From Azospirillum sp. 51_20 (GTDB lineage Bacteria > Pseudomonadota > Alphaproteobacteria > RF32 > CAG-239), in the NCBI GenBank assembly GCA_001917175.1, contig MNTV01000019.1, positions 22,940 to 86,939 of the forward strand: DNA of 64,000 bases, read 5' to 3'. The notes beneath the pieces are model-generated. The model did not search any database. It had not been told where the DNA came from and saw nothing but the letters and a program-made list of their open reading frames with translations. Shown here piece after piece: positions 19,374 to 28,118 of the stretch; within the stretch, counting starts at the first letter, position 1, and every line of letters starts with the position of its first letter. Both the position numbers and the translations under genes were made by a program.

Positions 19374-20072
19374 CTACCCGCGGACAACCGACATTTTTGC
19401 CAAAGGCGCCGCTTCTTCGACGTACCAGGCGTCGTTTTCGTCCCGGCACAGCTTCCAGAAACGACCGTGATCGTAAAAAGTTTCGTCTTCGTCTATCGCC
19501 TCGCGCGCCAGTTCCAACGGATCATACGCCATAAACCGGTCAACGTCGTCCTGAAACAGTTTGACAAACAAAGTGTCTCCCGTTTCTGGCACCCAGCCGA
19601 TCCAGCAGACGCCGAGAAGCTTCTTCACCCTGCCGATCACGTAAACGCGGCAGAGCATGAACTCGGCGCCGGCAAAACCGCGGATGGCGGCTTCCGCCCC
19701 GGCATAGAACTGATGGTAAAAAAAGAAAACGTGCCGCAGATAAAATCCGCGCCGACGGTCAAATTTTACCATATAAAGCCGGCCGTCGAAAAGGAACATT
19801 TCTCCCTCTTCCAGCGGCCGAAAGGTCAGCAGTTCGCGTCTTTTCGCCAGTTCATCGTATTTGAACAGCGGAAACACATGCGTTCCCTGCGGACTTTTGA
19901 CGTTCCAGACGAAAAAACCGGTTCCTTCTTCGTCCCCCGGCCGGGCGGAAACACCGGGCTGCGGAAGCTGCAAAGGAGAAATTCCCCTGCCCCGGCACAA
20001 CTGCCCGACAACGGCGGAAGACCACAAAGGACAATCCGCGCCGGGCTGTTCCAGATAATTCTTTTCTTTCAT
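19374..20072 (-). CDS. hypothetical protein, tandem paralog A
   Basis: 232 aa. Shares HVFPLF, PLEEGEM, FMLCR, CWIGW, TLFVKLF and LAREAID blocks with the adjacent gene. Confidence 0.65.
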   Translation of the reverse strand: MKEKNYLEQPGADCPLWSSAVVGQLCRGRGISPLQLPQPGVSARPGDEEGTGFFVWNVKSPQGTHVFPLFKYDELAKRRELLTFRPLEEGEMFLFDGRLYMVKFDRRRGFYLRHVFFFYHQFYAGAEAAIRGFAGAEFMLCRVYVIGRVKKLLGVCWIGWVPETGDTLFVKLFQDDVDRFMAYDPLELAREAIDEDETFYDHGRFWKLCRDENDAWYVEEAAPLAKMSVVRG

Positions 20073-20120
20073 AGGCTTGGCATTTTATAAAACAAAATAA
20101 TCATTCTCAACGGGCGGCGG

Positions 20121-20816
20121 TTACTTCTTTTTCACCAGCCGCAGATAAGGGTTGTGAAAAGACGGTTCCAAAAACAGATACCCGTTTTCGTCTTCCTTCA
20201 GTACAAAGCTTTTACCGCGCATTTCAAAACGTTCGCCGACGTCTATCGCCTCGCGGCCGAGTTCGGTATAGGAATAGCCGGCCAGAAGTTCCCAGTCTTC
20301 CTCAAACAGCTTGATAAAAAGAGTGGCGTTGGCCGTTTCGTCGTAACCGATCCAGCAGCAGGTCAGAAAACGGCTGTTTTCTTCCGTTACGAACAGCCGG
20401 CACAACATATAGCGGGCATTCGGATATCCGAGAATCGCGCCTTCGCCGATCGCATAGCGTTCGTGCCAGTAGAAACTGACGTTGCGGATGCAGCGGCCGA
20501 GCATTTTGTCATAACCGACCAGATAGGTGCGGCGGCGGACGTACATGATCATTTCGCCGCTTTCCAGCGGAGCAAATTCCCAGTCGCCGCATTCGGGAAT
20601 TCCGATTGCCGGAAAAAGCGGCAGCACATGAAATTCCTTTTCACAGTCGGCCCAGACGCAATATGTCGTCTGCGGATGACTGCGGCGGCGGATGGTACCG
20701 AGCACCGGCATTTGTCTGATGTCGACGCCCGCGGTGCGAAACAAGGCAAAAGCCTCGGCCGCCGAACCGGCGCAAACTTCTTCTCCGGGCGGCAGCAGGT
20801 AATCACAATCCTTCAT
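20121..20816 (-). CDS. hypothetical protein, tandem paralog B
   Basis: ATG at 20816. Shares HVLPLF, PLESGEM, YMLCR, CWIGY, TLFIKLF and LGREAID blocks with paralog A. Confidence 0.65.
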   Translation of the reverse strand: MKDCDYLLPPGEEVCAGSAAEAFALFRTAGVDIRQMPVLGTIRRRSHPQTTYCVWADCEKEFHVLPLFPAIGIPECGDWEFAPLESGEMIMYVRRRTYLVGYDKMLGRCIRNVSFYWHERYAIGEGAILGYPNARYMLCRLFVTEENSRFLTCCWIGYDETANATLFIKLFEEDWELLAGYSYTELGREAIDVGERFEMRGKSFVLKEDENGYLFLEPSFHNPYLRLVKKK

Positions 20817-21093
20817 AAGCAATATGTTTTTAAGTTAATACATATAAAATAATTCTCTCTAAACGTTTTGAGGATATTCCATTTAGACAAAATTTTCAAT
20901 ATTTTTTTCATGAAGGAGTGACAAGAAAACAAAAAGGCGTAACGGCGGGAAATGCAAAAAGGCAAACGGCAAAACTAAACTTCCGCCGGCCGACGCAGGC
21001 GGAATCGGCTCATTCAAACCTAAAACGCCCGCCCCGAAAAGCTTCGCAGGCCTCACAGACGGGCCGGCATGTCGGTATCCGCGTTCGGCGCAT

Positions 21094-21125
21094 AAAAAAA
21101 GTCCCCGGCGCAAAGCACCGGGGAC
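21094..21125 (-). terminator. rho-independent terminator after hydG
   Basis: Minus strand: GTCCCCGG-N9-CCGGGGAC followed by T7. Confidence 0.65.
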
Positions 21126-21143
21126 AACCGCCGGAAACTGACT

Positions 21144-22562
21144 TCAGAAACGGAAATCGCGCTCGCCGTTTTCGATTTTCTCCAGTCTCTCAACCACGAT
21201 GTCGCGCACCTTTTCCCGCGGGATGCTGCACAGTTCTTTTTTGATCAGCTCCAGACCGAGTTCTCTGGTTGCGGGCGAAGCATAATCGACCAGATATTCC
21301 TTAAGCGTCATCAGCGCGTTCGGATGGCAGCAGTTTTGTATCTGTTTGCTTTTGCACAAAGCCATGAAACGGTCACCGGTACGGCCTTCGCGGTAGCAGG
21401 CGGTGCAAAAGCTCGGAATGTAGCCCATCGTCATCAGCCAATTGATCACTTCGTCCAGCGTGCGGGTGTCGCTGACGTCAAACTGAGCGGAATTTTCTTC
21501 TTCCGGTTCCGGCTCGGCATAGCCGCCGACGCTGGTTTTTGAGCCGCCGCTGATTTGCGAAATGCCCAAATGCAAAACCCGCTCGCGGCATTTTTGGCTT
21601 TCGCGGGTGGAAACGATCATTCCCGTATAAGGAACGGCAATGCGGATGCAGGCAACGATTTTGGCAAACGTGTCGTCGTCGATGCCGTTGGCAAAACTGG
21701 CCGGATCAATGTCGTCGGCAGCGCGAATCCGCGGCACGCTGATTGTATGCGGACCGACGCCGTGCACCGCTTCCAGATGTTCGGCATGCATCAGAAGGCC
21801 GGCAAATTCGTACTTGTATCTTTCCAGCCCGAACAAAACGCCCAGTCCCACGTCGTCGATGCCGCCTTCCATTGCCCGATCCATCGCTTCCGTATGCCAG
21901 GCGTAATTGTGCTTCGGTCCGGTCGGATGCAGCTGCTCGTAGCTTTCCTTATGATAAGTTTCCTGAAACAGGATATAAGTGCCGATCCCGGCCTCGTGCA
22001 ATTTGCGGTAATTTTCCACCGTGGTGGCGGCAATATTGACATTGACCCGGCGGATGGCGCCATTCTTGTGCTTAATGCCGTAAATCGTTTTGATGCATTC
22101 CAGAATATATTCGATCGGATTGTTGACCGGATCTTCTCCGGCTTCGATCGCCAGCCGCTTATGCCCCATGTCCTGCAGGGCGATCACTTCGCGGCGCACT
22201 TCCTCCTGCGTCATTTTTTTGCGGGCAATATGTTTGTTTTTGGCATGATACGGACAATAGACACAGCCGTTGACGCAATAGTTGGAAAGATACAGCGGCG
22301 CAAACAAAACAATCCTGTTGCCGTAAAAGTCTTTTTTTATCTGTTCGGCCAGCGCACAGATTTCCGCGTTTTTGTCCGCCAGTTCACAGGCCAGCAGAAC
22401 CGAAGCTTCGCGATGGGAAAGACCCTGGCGCAGTTTTGCCTTGTCGAGAATTTCATCAATCAACGCTATGTTGTTTTTGTTGGCTTCGGCATATTCCAAA
22501 GTCGACAATATTTCTTCATGGCTGATAAATTCCTCAGCCTTCAATGATTCGGGATTATACAT
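21144..22562 (-). CDS. hydG: [FeFe]-hydrogenase maturase HydG (radical SAM tyrosine lyase)
   Basis: Radical SAM CVNGCVYCPY. HydG-specific C-terminal cluster motif SFCTACYREGRTGDRFMALC..., which ThiH lacks. ~472 aa; AGAGG lies upstream of ATG 22562. Confidence 0.85.
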   Translation of the reverse strand: MYNPESLKAEEFISHEEILSTLEYAEANKNNIALIDEILDKAKLRQGLSHREASVLLACELADKNAEICALAEQIKKDFYGNRIVLFAPLYLSNYCVNGCVYCPYHAKNKHIARKKMTQEEVRREVIALQDMGHKRLAIEAGEDPVNNPIEYILECIKTIYGIKHKNGAIRRVNVNIAATTVENYRKLHEAGIGTYILFQETYHKESYEQLHPTGPKHNYAWHTEAMDRAMEGGIDDVGLGVLFGLERYKYEFAGLLMHAEHLEAVHGVGPHTISVPRIRAADDIDPASFANGIDDDTFAKIVACIRIAVPYTGMIVSTRESQKCRERVLHLGISQISGGSKTSVGGYAEPEPEEENSAQFDVSDTRTLDEVINWLMTMGYIPSFCTACYREGRTGDRFMALCKSKQIQNCCHPNALMTLKEYLVDYASPATRELGLELIKKELCSIPREKVRDIVVERLEKIENGERDFRF

Positions 22563-22616
22563 AAACACCTCTTTCTTATGGGTCAGAACATTCTTCCCCG
22601 TCAGTTGACAAAACGG

Positions 22617-22868
22617 CTATTCGCCGGCGCCGGAATAGACGGTTCGCGCGGTAACGCCTTTCAAATTGCCGATTTTGCCGGACAATGCGCTGATCACGTC
22701 GTGCGGCGCATCAACCACCACGCTGATGATATTGATCTTTTTCGCGCGGTAGGGAATTCCCATCCGGCCGATGATATAATCGGCATAGTCGTGCAGAATT
22801 TCGTTCAGGCGTTCGACGGAATCGCGGTCTTCGACGACGACGGCGACAACGGCTACTTTCGTTTCCAT
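22617..22868 (-). CDS. TM1266-family putative iron-only hydrogenase system regulator
   Basis: 83 aa: VAVVAVVVEDRDSVERLNEILHDYADYIIGRMGIPYR...ISVVVDAPHDVISALSGKIG. Matches my recollection of the small HydG-linked TM1266 family. Confidence 0.75.
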   Translation of the reverse strand: METKVAVVAVVVEDRDSVERLNEILHDYADYIIGRMGIPYRAKKINIISVVVDAPHDVISALSGKIGNLKGVTARTVYSGAGE

Positions 22869-22977
22869 GAATTTTTCCTTTTTTTAAAACAGTTTCAAAA
22901 ACAATATCACGTTAGCACGGATACCGGCAAAAAACAACGGGGAATTTCCCCGTTGCAAAAAAATCCGGACGAATTTT

Positions 22978-23895
22978 CTATTTCAGCCAGTATTCGACGG
23001 TGGAAACCACCCGCACCTTCTTGTCGATCTGTCGGTTTTCCTGCATATTAAGAGCGTCCACTTTCGGCTGTACCGAGAACACGCCCTGGCTGGCGCGGCG
23101 GATTTTGCCGACCTTGCTGCCGCTGTTTTTGGCAAACTGCAATGCGGCTTCTTTGGCGTTGCGGGTCGCCTCTTCCAGCATCTCGGGCTTGATGTCGTTC
23201 AATTTCGTAAACAAATACGACACTCTGGAACCGCCGCCGTAATCCTGGCTGAAAACAATGCCGCCGGCGATCAGTTCGTTGCTTGCGGTCAGAGCGTCGG
23301 CCACCGCGTCGACTTTGTTTGTCTGCAATTCGACCGACTGGGTCAGAATAAAGCGGCGGCCGTTCGTTTCCGCCGTATTTTGGTACGGATTGGCAAACAG
23401 GTCATTGGTCGTGATCGGGCTGACCGAAATTTCCTCCTCGGCAAAACCGCGCTTTTTCAGAAAGGCGACAATCGTTTTGGCCTGTCCGAGTATCTGCGGC
23501 TGGAGTTCGGACAAATCGTTGCCGGTCACCACGAATTGCAGCGACCAGACCGCCATGTCGGCACGGACGTCACGTTCGGCCAGGCCTTTGACGGTTACGC
23601 TGTTGGCGTTGATTTTTGACTGATAGTAATAGTAGCCGGGGAAAAAACCGCCCAGCGCAATACCGGCAGCCAGCACCATTGCGGCAGCCGTCCGGCAGCG
23701 GCGGGGACAACTTTCGCCCTCTTCCGGCAACGGTCCCCGCGGCGGCGGCGGCGGTCTTTTGAAACCGGGTCTTTTGTAGGCCGGCCTTTCTTCGGCCACT
23801 CTTTCCGGCGCCGCCTTCTCGGGCACGCTCTCGGCGCCGCGGACGTAAACCGTGTTTTTATCTTCCGTTTCTTTTCTGATTTTTTCTTTTTTCAT
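22978..23895 (-). CDS. SIMPL (DUF541) domain protein with an N-terminal Pro-rich region and TM anchor
   Basis: VTVKGLAERDVRADMAVWSLQFVVTG... plus a C-terminus typical of the SIMPL family. TM AAAMVLAAGIALGGFF. ATG at 23895. Confidence 0.7.
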   Translation of the reverse strand: MKKEKIRKETEDKNTVYVRGAESVPEKAAPERVAEERPAYKRPGFKRPPPPPRGPLPEEGESCPRRCRTAAAMVLAAGIALGGFFPGYYYYQSKINANSVTVKGLAERDVRADMAVWSLQFVVTGNDLSELQPQILGQAKTIVAFLKKRGFAEEEISVSPITTNDLFANPYQNTAETNGRRFILTQSVELQTNKVDAVADALTASNELIAGGIVFSQDYGGGSRVSYLFTKLNDIKPEMLEEATRNAKEAALQFAKNSGSKVGKIRRASQGVFSVQPKVDALNMQENRQIDKKVRVVSTVEYWLK

Positions 23896-23963
23896 CAGAC
23901 ACCCCTTTGACTTTTGTTGTTTCAATCCGATATATGTTTTGTCGGCCGAAATTCAAGCCCGCA

Positions 23964-24854
23964 TCAGCTCCGGCCGTCGTTTTTCACGTTTCTGAAGCCG
24001 CCCGGCCCTTCCCGCCGGGCAAGATACCACGCTTCGCGCTCGGGATGGCGCAGATAAGCCGTACGCTGCATTTCCCCGGCGATGCCGTATTGTTCGAGAA
24101 ACGAACTTTCTCCGCATTTTTCCATCAGGTAATCGACAAAGACCTTGCCGGTTCCGAAATCGTTGCTGTTGGTTCGCACGATGCGTCTGATTTCCTGAAC
24201 CGCACGGCGCACCATAAAATCGCGCATTTGTTCGCCGCTGCCGCCGTCGGGCAGCCATTCCTCCACGGCATATTCCCCCGCCAGCAGACGCTTTGAATAA
24301 GCCAGCATTCTTTTCAGCCGGCCGAAGTCTTTCCTTCTTTCCAGACGATAGAGATTAGTGGTGTGAACGTCGATTTCCACGCCGCGGCCGGCGCACCAGC
24401 CGCCGATCCGTTCGGGAACGGAAATTTCAAGCGGGCCGAACTCTTTAATTCCCCGCGCTCCGGCTTCTTCCATAACCGTCCTCACCTGGTCGGCGCAGTT
24501 GTTCGACAGCAGGCTGTAATCTCCCGTCTGCCCCCGGCGGCGAAGAATCGCCTCCCGCAGCCGTTCGCGGCTGATGCCGGCCGCAGCCGGAAAAACGTAA
24601 TAATGACGAACGCCTTCTTCAAATATCTGCGGCTGGTCGGCTTTCAGGTTCCGCATGCCGCCGGCTTCAAAGTCGATCACCAGCCCTTCGTATTCCATCT
24701 GCACGTGTCCCCATGGGTATTTTCTGCCGAAACCGGGCGCAAAGACGGTGACTTTGACCGGTTCCTCCCCGATCTCCAGCCGCCGCCCGTTCATATCGGT
24801 GACGTCGCGCGGCGTGCGGTCGTAATCAAACCAAAAATCCGAATTTTCTGTCAT
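23964..24854 (-). CDS. hypothetical protein with a permuted papain-like (PPPDE/LRAT-type) His...Cys motif
   Basis: YPWGHVQMEYEG followed ~80 aa later by YSLLSNNCADQV. GAGGA lies 5 nt upstream of ATG 24854. Confidence 0.5.
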   Translation of the reverse strand: MTENSDFWFDYDRTPRDVTDMNGRRLEIGEEPVKVTVFAPGFGRKYPWGHVQMEYEGLVIDFEAGGMRNLKADQPQIFEEGVRHYYVFPAAAGISRERLREAILRRRGQTGDYSLLSNNCADQVRTVMEEAGARGIKEFGPLEISVPERIGGWCAGRGVEIDVHTTNLYRLERRKDFGRLKRMLAYSKRLLAGEYAVEEWLPDGGSGEQMRDFMVRRAVQEIRRIVRTNSNDFGTGKVFVDYLMEKCGESSFLEQYGIAGEMQRTAYLRHPEREAWYLARREGPGGFRNVKNDGRS

Positions 24855-24964
24855 AAAATTCCTCATTTCTTCATTTTACGAAGGCCAATTTAGCATAAAA
24901 CGCCGATGAAGACAACAAAAAAGCCGCCCGTTGCCGGAGCGGCTTTCAAAACGGCGGAACGTGC

Positions 24965-25939
24965 TTACGCTTCCGGCGATTTTTCGTCTTTTGCCTTCCA
25001 CAGGGAAACGGCAATGCCGGCAAACAGCAGGCCGAACGTAACGCTTAAGGAATGCCAGGCTTCAAGTTCAAAACCGAGGACTCTCGGCGCAAAAATCTTC
25101 AAACCGATAAAGATGAGAATGATCGACAGCGCCGGCTTCAGGTATTTGAACTTGTGAACAACCGCCTCCAGCAGGAAATACAGAGCCCTCAGGCCGAGGA
25201 TGGCGAAAATGTTGCTGGTATAGACGATAAACACGTCCTGAGTGATAAGGAAAATCGCGGGGATGCTGTCCAGCGCGAAAATCACGTCCATGGTTTCAAT
25301 CGTAATCAGGGCAAAAAACAGAGGCGTAATGTAGTGTTTTCCGTTTTCCTTGACAAAGAAATGCTCGCCGTGGATCTTGCCGGTAACGTGAAAAATTTTG
25401 GAAAAGAACTTAAACATCCGGGTTTCTTCAAACGCCGGCTCTTCTTCGCCCTTGTGCAACAGCATCTTGACCCCGGTGTAGACGAGGAAGGCGGAAAAGA
25501 CGTACAATACCCAGTGGAAGTTCGAGATCAGCGTTTCCCCGACCAGGATCAGCAGAGCGCGCATGACGATTGCGCCGAGGATCCCCCAGAACAAAACCCG
25601 GTGCTGGTACATCCGCGGCACCCCGAGGCTGGAAAAGATCAGCGACATGATGAAAATGTTGTCGAGCGAAAGGCTCTTTTCCACCAGAAAGCCGGTGAAA
25701 AAGTCCATTCCCTTGTCAACCCCTTCCTCATAGATGATAAACACCCCGAACACACAGGCCGCCAAAATGTAGATAATGCACAAATTGAGAGTATGCCAGA
25801 AGTTTGGCACTTCGTTCTTGCGGTTGAACAAAAAGAGGTCAAAAAACAGCAGTAGCAAAACGACAACGCCGAAAATGACCCACAGCCACTCCTCGGGAAT
25901 GACATAATGGTCGGTAAACAGTTGTTTCAGTTTTTCCAT
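24965..25939 (-). CDS. TerC family integral membrane protein
   Basis: Multi-TM with TerC signatures (EKSLSLDNIF, ALDSIPAIF). Confidence 0.9.
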   Translation of the reverse strand: MEKLKQLFTDHYVIPEEWLWVIFGVVVLLLLFFDLFLFNRKNEVPNFWHTLNLCIIYILAACVFGVFIIYEEGVDKGMDFFTGFLVEKSLSLDNIFIMSLIFSSLGVPRMYQHRVLFWGILGAIVMRALLILVGETLISNFHWVLYVFSAFLVYTGVKMLLHKGEEEPAFEETRMFKFFSKIFHVTGKIHGEHFFVKENGKHYITPLFFALITIETMDVIFALDSIPAIFLITQDVFIVYTSNIFAILGLRALYFLLEAVVHKFKYLKPALSIILIFIGLKIFAPRVLGFELEAWHSLSVTFGLLFAGIAVSLWKAKDEKSPEA

Positions 25940-26070
25940 AATTTTTTACTTTCAATAAAAAGACCCGAATTTCGCTTTGTTATAGACCGGTTTTCCCGGA
26001 CAGTCAACAGCCGCAAACCTCTTGTCCAAAGCTTTTGCACCCCCGACGGAGCAAAAAAAAACGTTCCCCC

Positions 26071-26099
26071 TTGTCAAAAACCGCAAAGGATAGTATAAT
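26071..26099 (+). promoter_or_regulatory. near-consensus sigma70-type promoter
   Basis: TTGTCA (26071-26076), 17-nt spacer, TATAAT (26094-26099). ~220 nt upstream of the GNAT ATG at 26327. Confidence 0.5.
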
Positions 26100-26326
26100 A
26101 AGAATGCAAGCGACGGAAGTCCGAAGGACAGAAATCGGCGTTTGCACCGGATTAACAAGTATGGAGTTTTTATGTACGCAGTAACACCGATTGCGGTGCA
26201 AAGCAACCAACCTCCCCGAAAAAACAACCGTTTGCGGGGCATTGACAATTCGTTTCAAACTTTGAACCAGCCGTCTGGTTTTTCTTATCTCTGCGAGGGC
26301 TTATCGGTTCTGAAAGGAGTGTAATT

Positions 26327-26854
26327 ATGCTTTCTTTCAGAAACAAACTGAATTCCCGGGATCCGGAAGCGATCCGGAAAATTTCGGCTTCTACCGGCTT
26401 TTTTGACGCCACCGACATTGAAATCAGCGTCAACCTTGCGCACAGCGCCCTTGACGGGCAGCGGCACGCCAACGACAATGTGGAATAACCCAGTTTCCTG
26501 CTTGCCGAAGACAACGGCAAAACCGTCGGTTATGCCTGTTTCGGCAAAATCCAGGACTGCAATTCCGCTTACGAACTGCACCTGATTTCCACTTTAAGCA
26601 GCTACCGCGGGCACGGCATCGGCCGCAAAATGATCGCCCGGCTGCTTGAAACCGTGCGCGAACTCGGCGGCAAAAAGCTTTTCGTCAAAACCGAAGGGAC
26701 CGAGCAATACCTGCCGACCCGCAAATTTTACGAATCCTGCGGCTTCAAGCTGGAGGCCGTCCTGAAGGAATATTACGACGACAAGGATGACTGTTACATC
26801 TATTCGTACAAATTCTGCGAAGACGACGCAGCCGACACCGTCCCGGCCGAATAA
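26327..26854 (+). pseudogene. GNAT family N-acetyltransferase with an in-frame TAA
   Basis: AAAGGAG RBS then ATG 26327. MLSFRNKL...STGFFDATDIEISV...NDNVE, TAA at 26486-26488, then the same frame continues PSFLLAEDNGKTVGYACFG...YRGHGIGRKMIARLLE...TRKFYESCGFKLEA (acetyl-CoA motif). Confidence 0.7.
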
Positions 26855-26871
26855 CGGTTCAAAAATCGACA

Positions 26872-26903
26872 ATCCCCCGCCGAAAAGCGGGGGATTTTTT
26901 TTG
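26872..26903 (+). terminator. rho-independent terminator
   Basis: ATCCCCCGC-cgaaaa-GCGGGGGAT followed by T8. Confidence 0.75.
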
Positions 26904-27070
26904 GTCTCCGGCATTTTGGCCAAACCACGCTTTTTGACCGAACCTCTCTTCTTTTATTTTACTTGACAAAATTTGCGGAATATGTTCAAATTTTTTTGCA
27001 ACACAAATTACTTTGTCAACTTTAAATTATTTAACTATTTAAAAAAAGCCCTTCAAGTCAAGTAGAAGGC

Positions 27071-27898
27071 ATGAAAAAAACTATGAACAGCATTATTATC
27101 GAGGGGACGCATCCCGTATTTTTCAAAACCGCCGAAGAGGAAACGGAACTGTTGGTCAACGGCGGAGAAAAAGAACGTTTCTATTACATCTGCTGCCGCG
27201 GCATCCAAACTCTTTCCGCCCAGCGCAAGCTTCTTGCCGGCGGGGAAAGATGGATCGAACTGCAGCAGACGGTTCACCCGGAAATGTGGAATTACCGCCT
27301 TTTTTCCGAACTGCGCCGACGCGGCATCCTGCCGCCGGACGACCGCTCGGAAGAAGAAGCCAAGGCGGACTTTCTCAAATGGCTGCGACATAACATGATA
27401 TGTTCGCCGCTTGCTTATAAAAGCGAAAAGGAATACGGCGTGACGTCACAGCTTCTGATGGCTGCGGGCGCTTGTTTCAGCAAACTGCTGAGCGAAGAGG
27501 AAGAAATTTCCCTGCTGGCGTCAAAAGACTGGAAAAAGGTGCGCGAGTACGCGCGGAAGTGGAAGCCGAATGCGGAAATCCTGTTCTTCCGAACGGCGCC
27601 GCTCGAACTGATATTCGCTTATATCCGCCTTTTCCGGCCGCAAACCGTCGAAGCGGAGCGGGCGCTGATTTTCCGCGGCGACAGCATCCTTACCTGGGAG
27701 CTGGTTTTAAATCATCCGCTGAGCTACGAGGCCAGCCGGATCATTAAAAAATCCGGCAATCCCCATATCTGGAAACTGGCCGTCGAACGCAACTACACTT
27801 TTGTTCACCGGTTTGAACAAAAGTTCGGTTCCGTCCGCAACTGGGAAAAGCAGCTGCGCAAAAGCTTTGATCGCAAATATTTCAAGCGAAGCGCCTGA
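27071..27898 (+). CDS. hypothetical protein
   Basis: 275-aa ORF bracketed by terminators; no recognised motif. Confidence 0.55.
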   Translation: MKKTMNSIIIEGTHPVFFKTAEEETELLVNGGEKERFYYICCRGIQTLSAQRKLLAGGERWIELQQTVHPEMWNYRLFSELRRRGILPPDDRSEEEAKADFLKWLRHNMICSPLAYKSEKEYGVTSQLLMAAGACFSKLLSEEEEISLLASKDWKKVREYARKWKPNAEILFFRTAPLELIFAYIRLFRPQTVEAERALIFRGDSILTWELVLNHPLSYEASRIIKKSGNPHIWKLAVERNYTFVHRFEQKFGSVRNWEKQLRKSFDRKYFKRSA

Positions 27899-27914
27899 TC
27901 TTTCCAAAGTTTTT

Positions 27915-27941
27915 ACCCCGGCAATCCGCCGGGGTTTTTTG
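27915..27941 (+). terminator. rho-independent terminator
   Basis: ACCCCGGC-aatcc-GCCGGGGT followed by T6. Confidence 0.75.
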
Positions 27942-28057
27942 TACCGTGAAAAACTCGCGCCAAGCGCGCGGTTCGGTAAAGCTTAATATGAAAAATCCCG
28001 CGCATCTTTTTGTTTGCGTTTTCTACTCGCAGGCAAACGGAAAAAACGGCAATTCCG

Positions 28058-28086
28058 TTGACTTTTGCCGTTTTTATGTCTATACT
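28058..28086 (+). promoter_or_regulatory. sigma70-type promoter
   Basis: TTGACT (28058-28063), 17-nt spacer, TATACT (28081-28086). AGGAAGGA RBS lies 7 nt before ATG 28119. Confidence 0.55.
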
Positions 28087-28118
28087 TTTCCATATATTTT
28101 AATCAGGAAGGAACTGCC

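Noticed and set aside
25940-26100. Possible yybP-ykoY (Mn2+) riboswitch upstream of the TerC-family gene
   Set aside because: TerC/Alx genes are often controlled by this riboswitch, so I looked on the minus strand. Loose look-alikes exist (GGGGGUGCA, UUGGACAAGAGG, GUUGACUGU), but they are in the wrong order relative to the consensus (GGGGAGUAG ... UUGACAUA ... GCAAGACC), and I could not build the four-helix fold. A cmscan would settle it.
26486-26488. Stop-codon reassignment or programmed read-through at the in-frame TAA of the GNAT gene
   Set aside because: TAA terminates other well-defined genes in the window (for example rnr at 4656-4658 and the GNAT's own end at 26852-26854). No known read-through context was seen. 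A nonsense mutation or base error is simpler.
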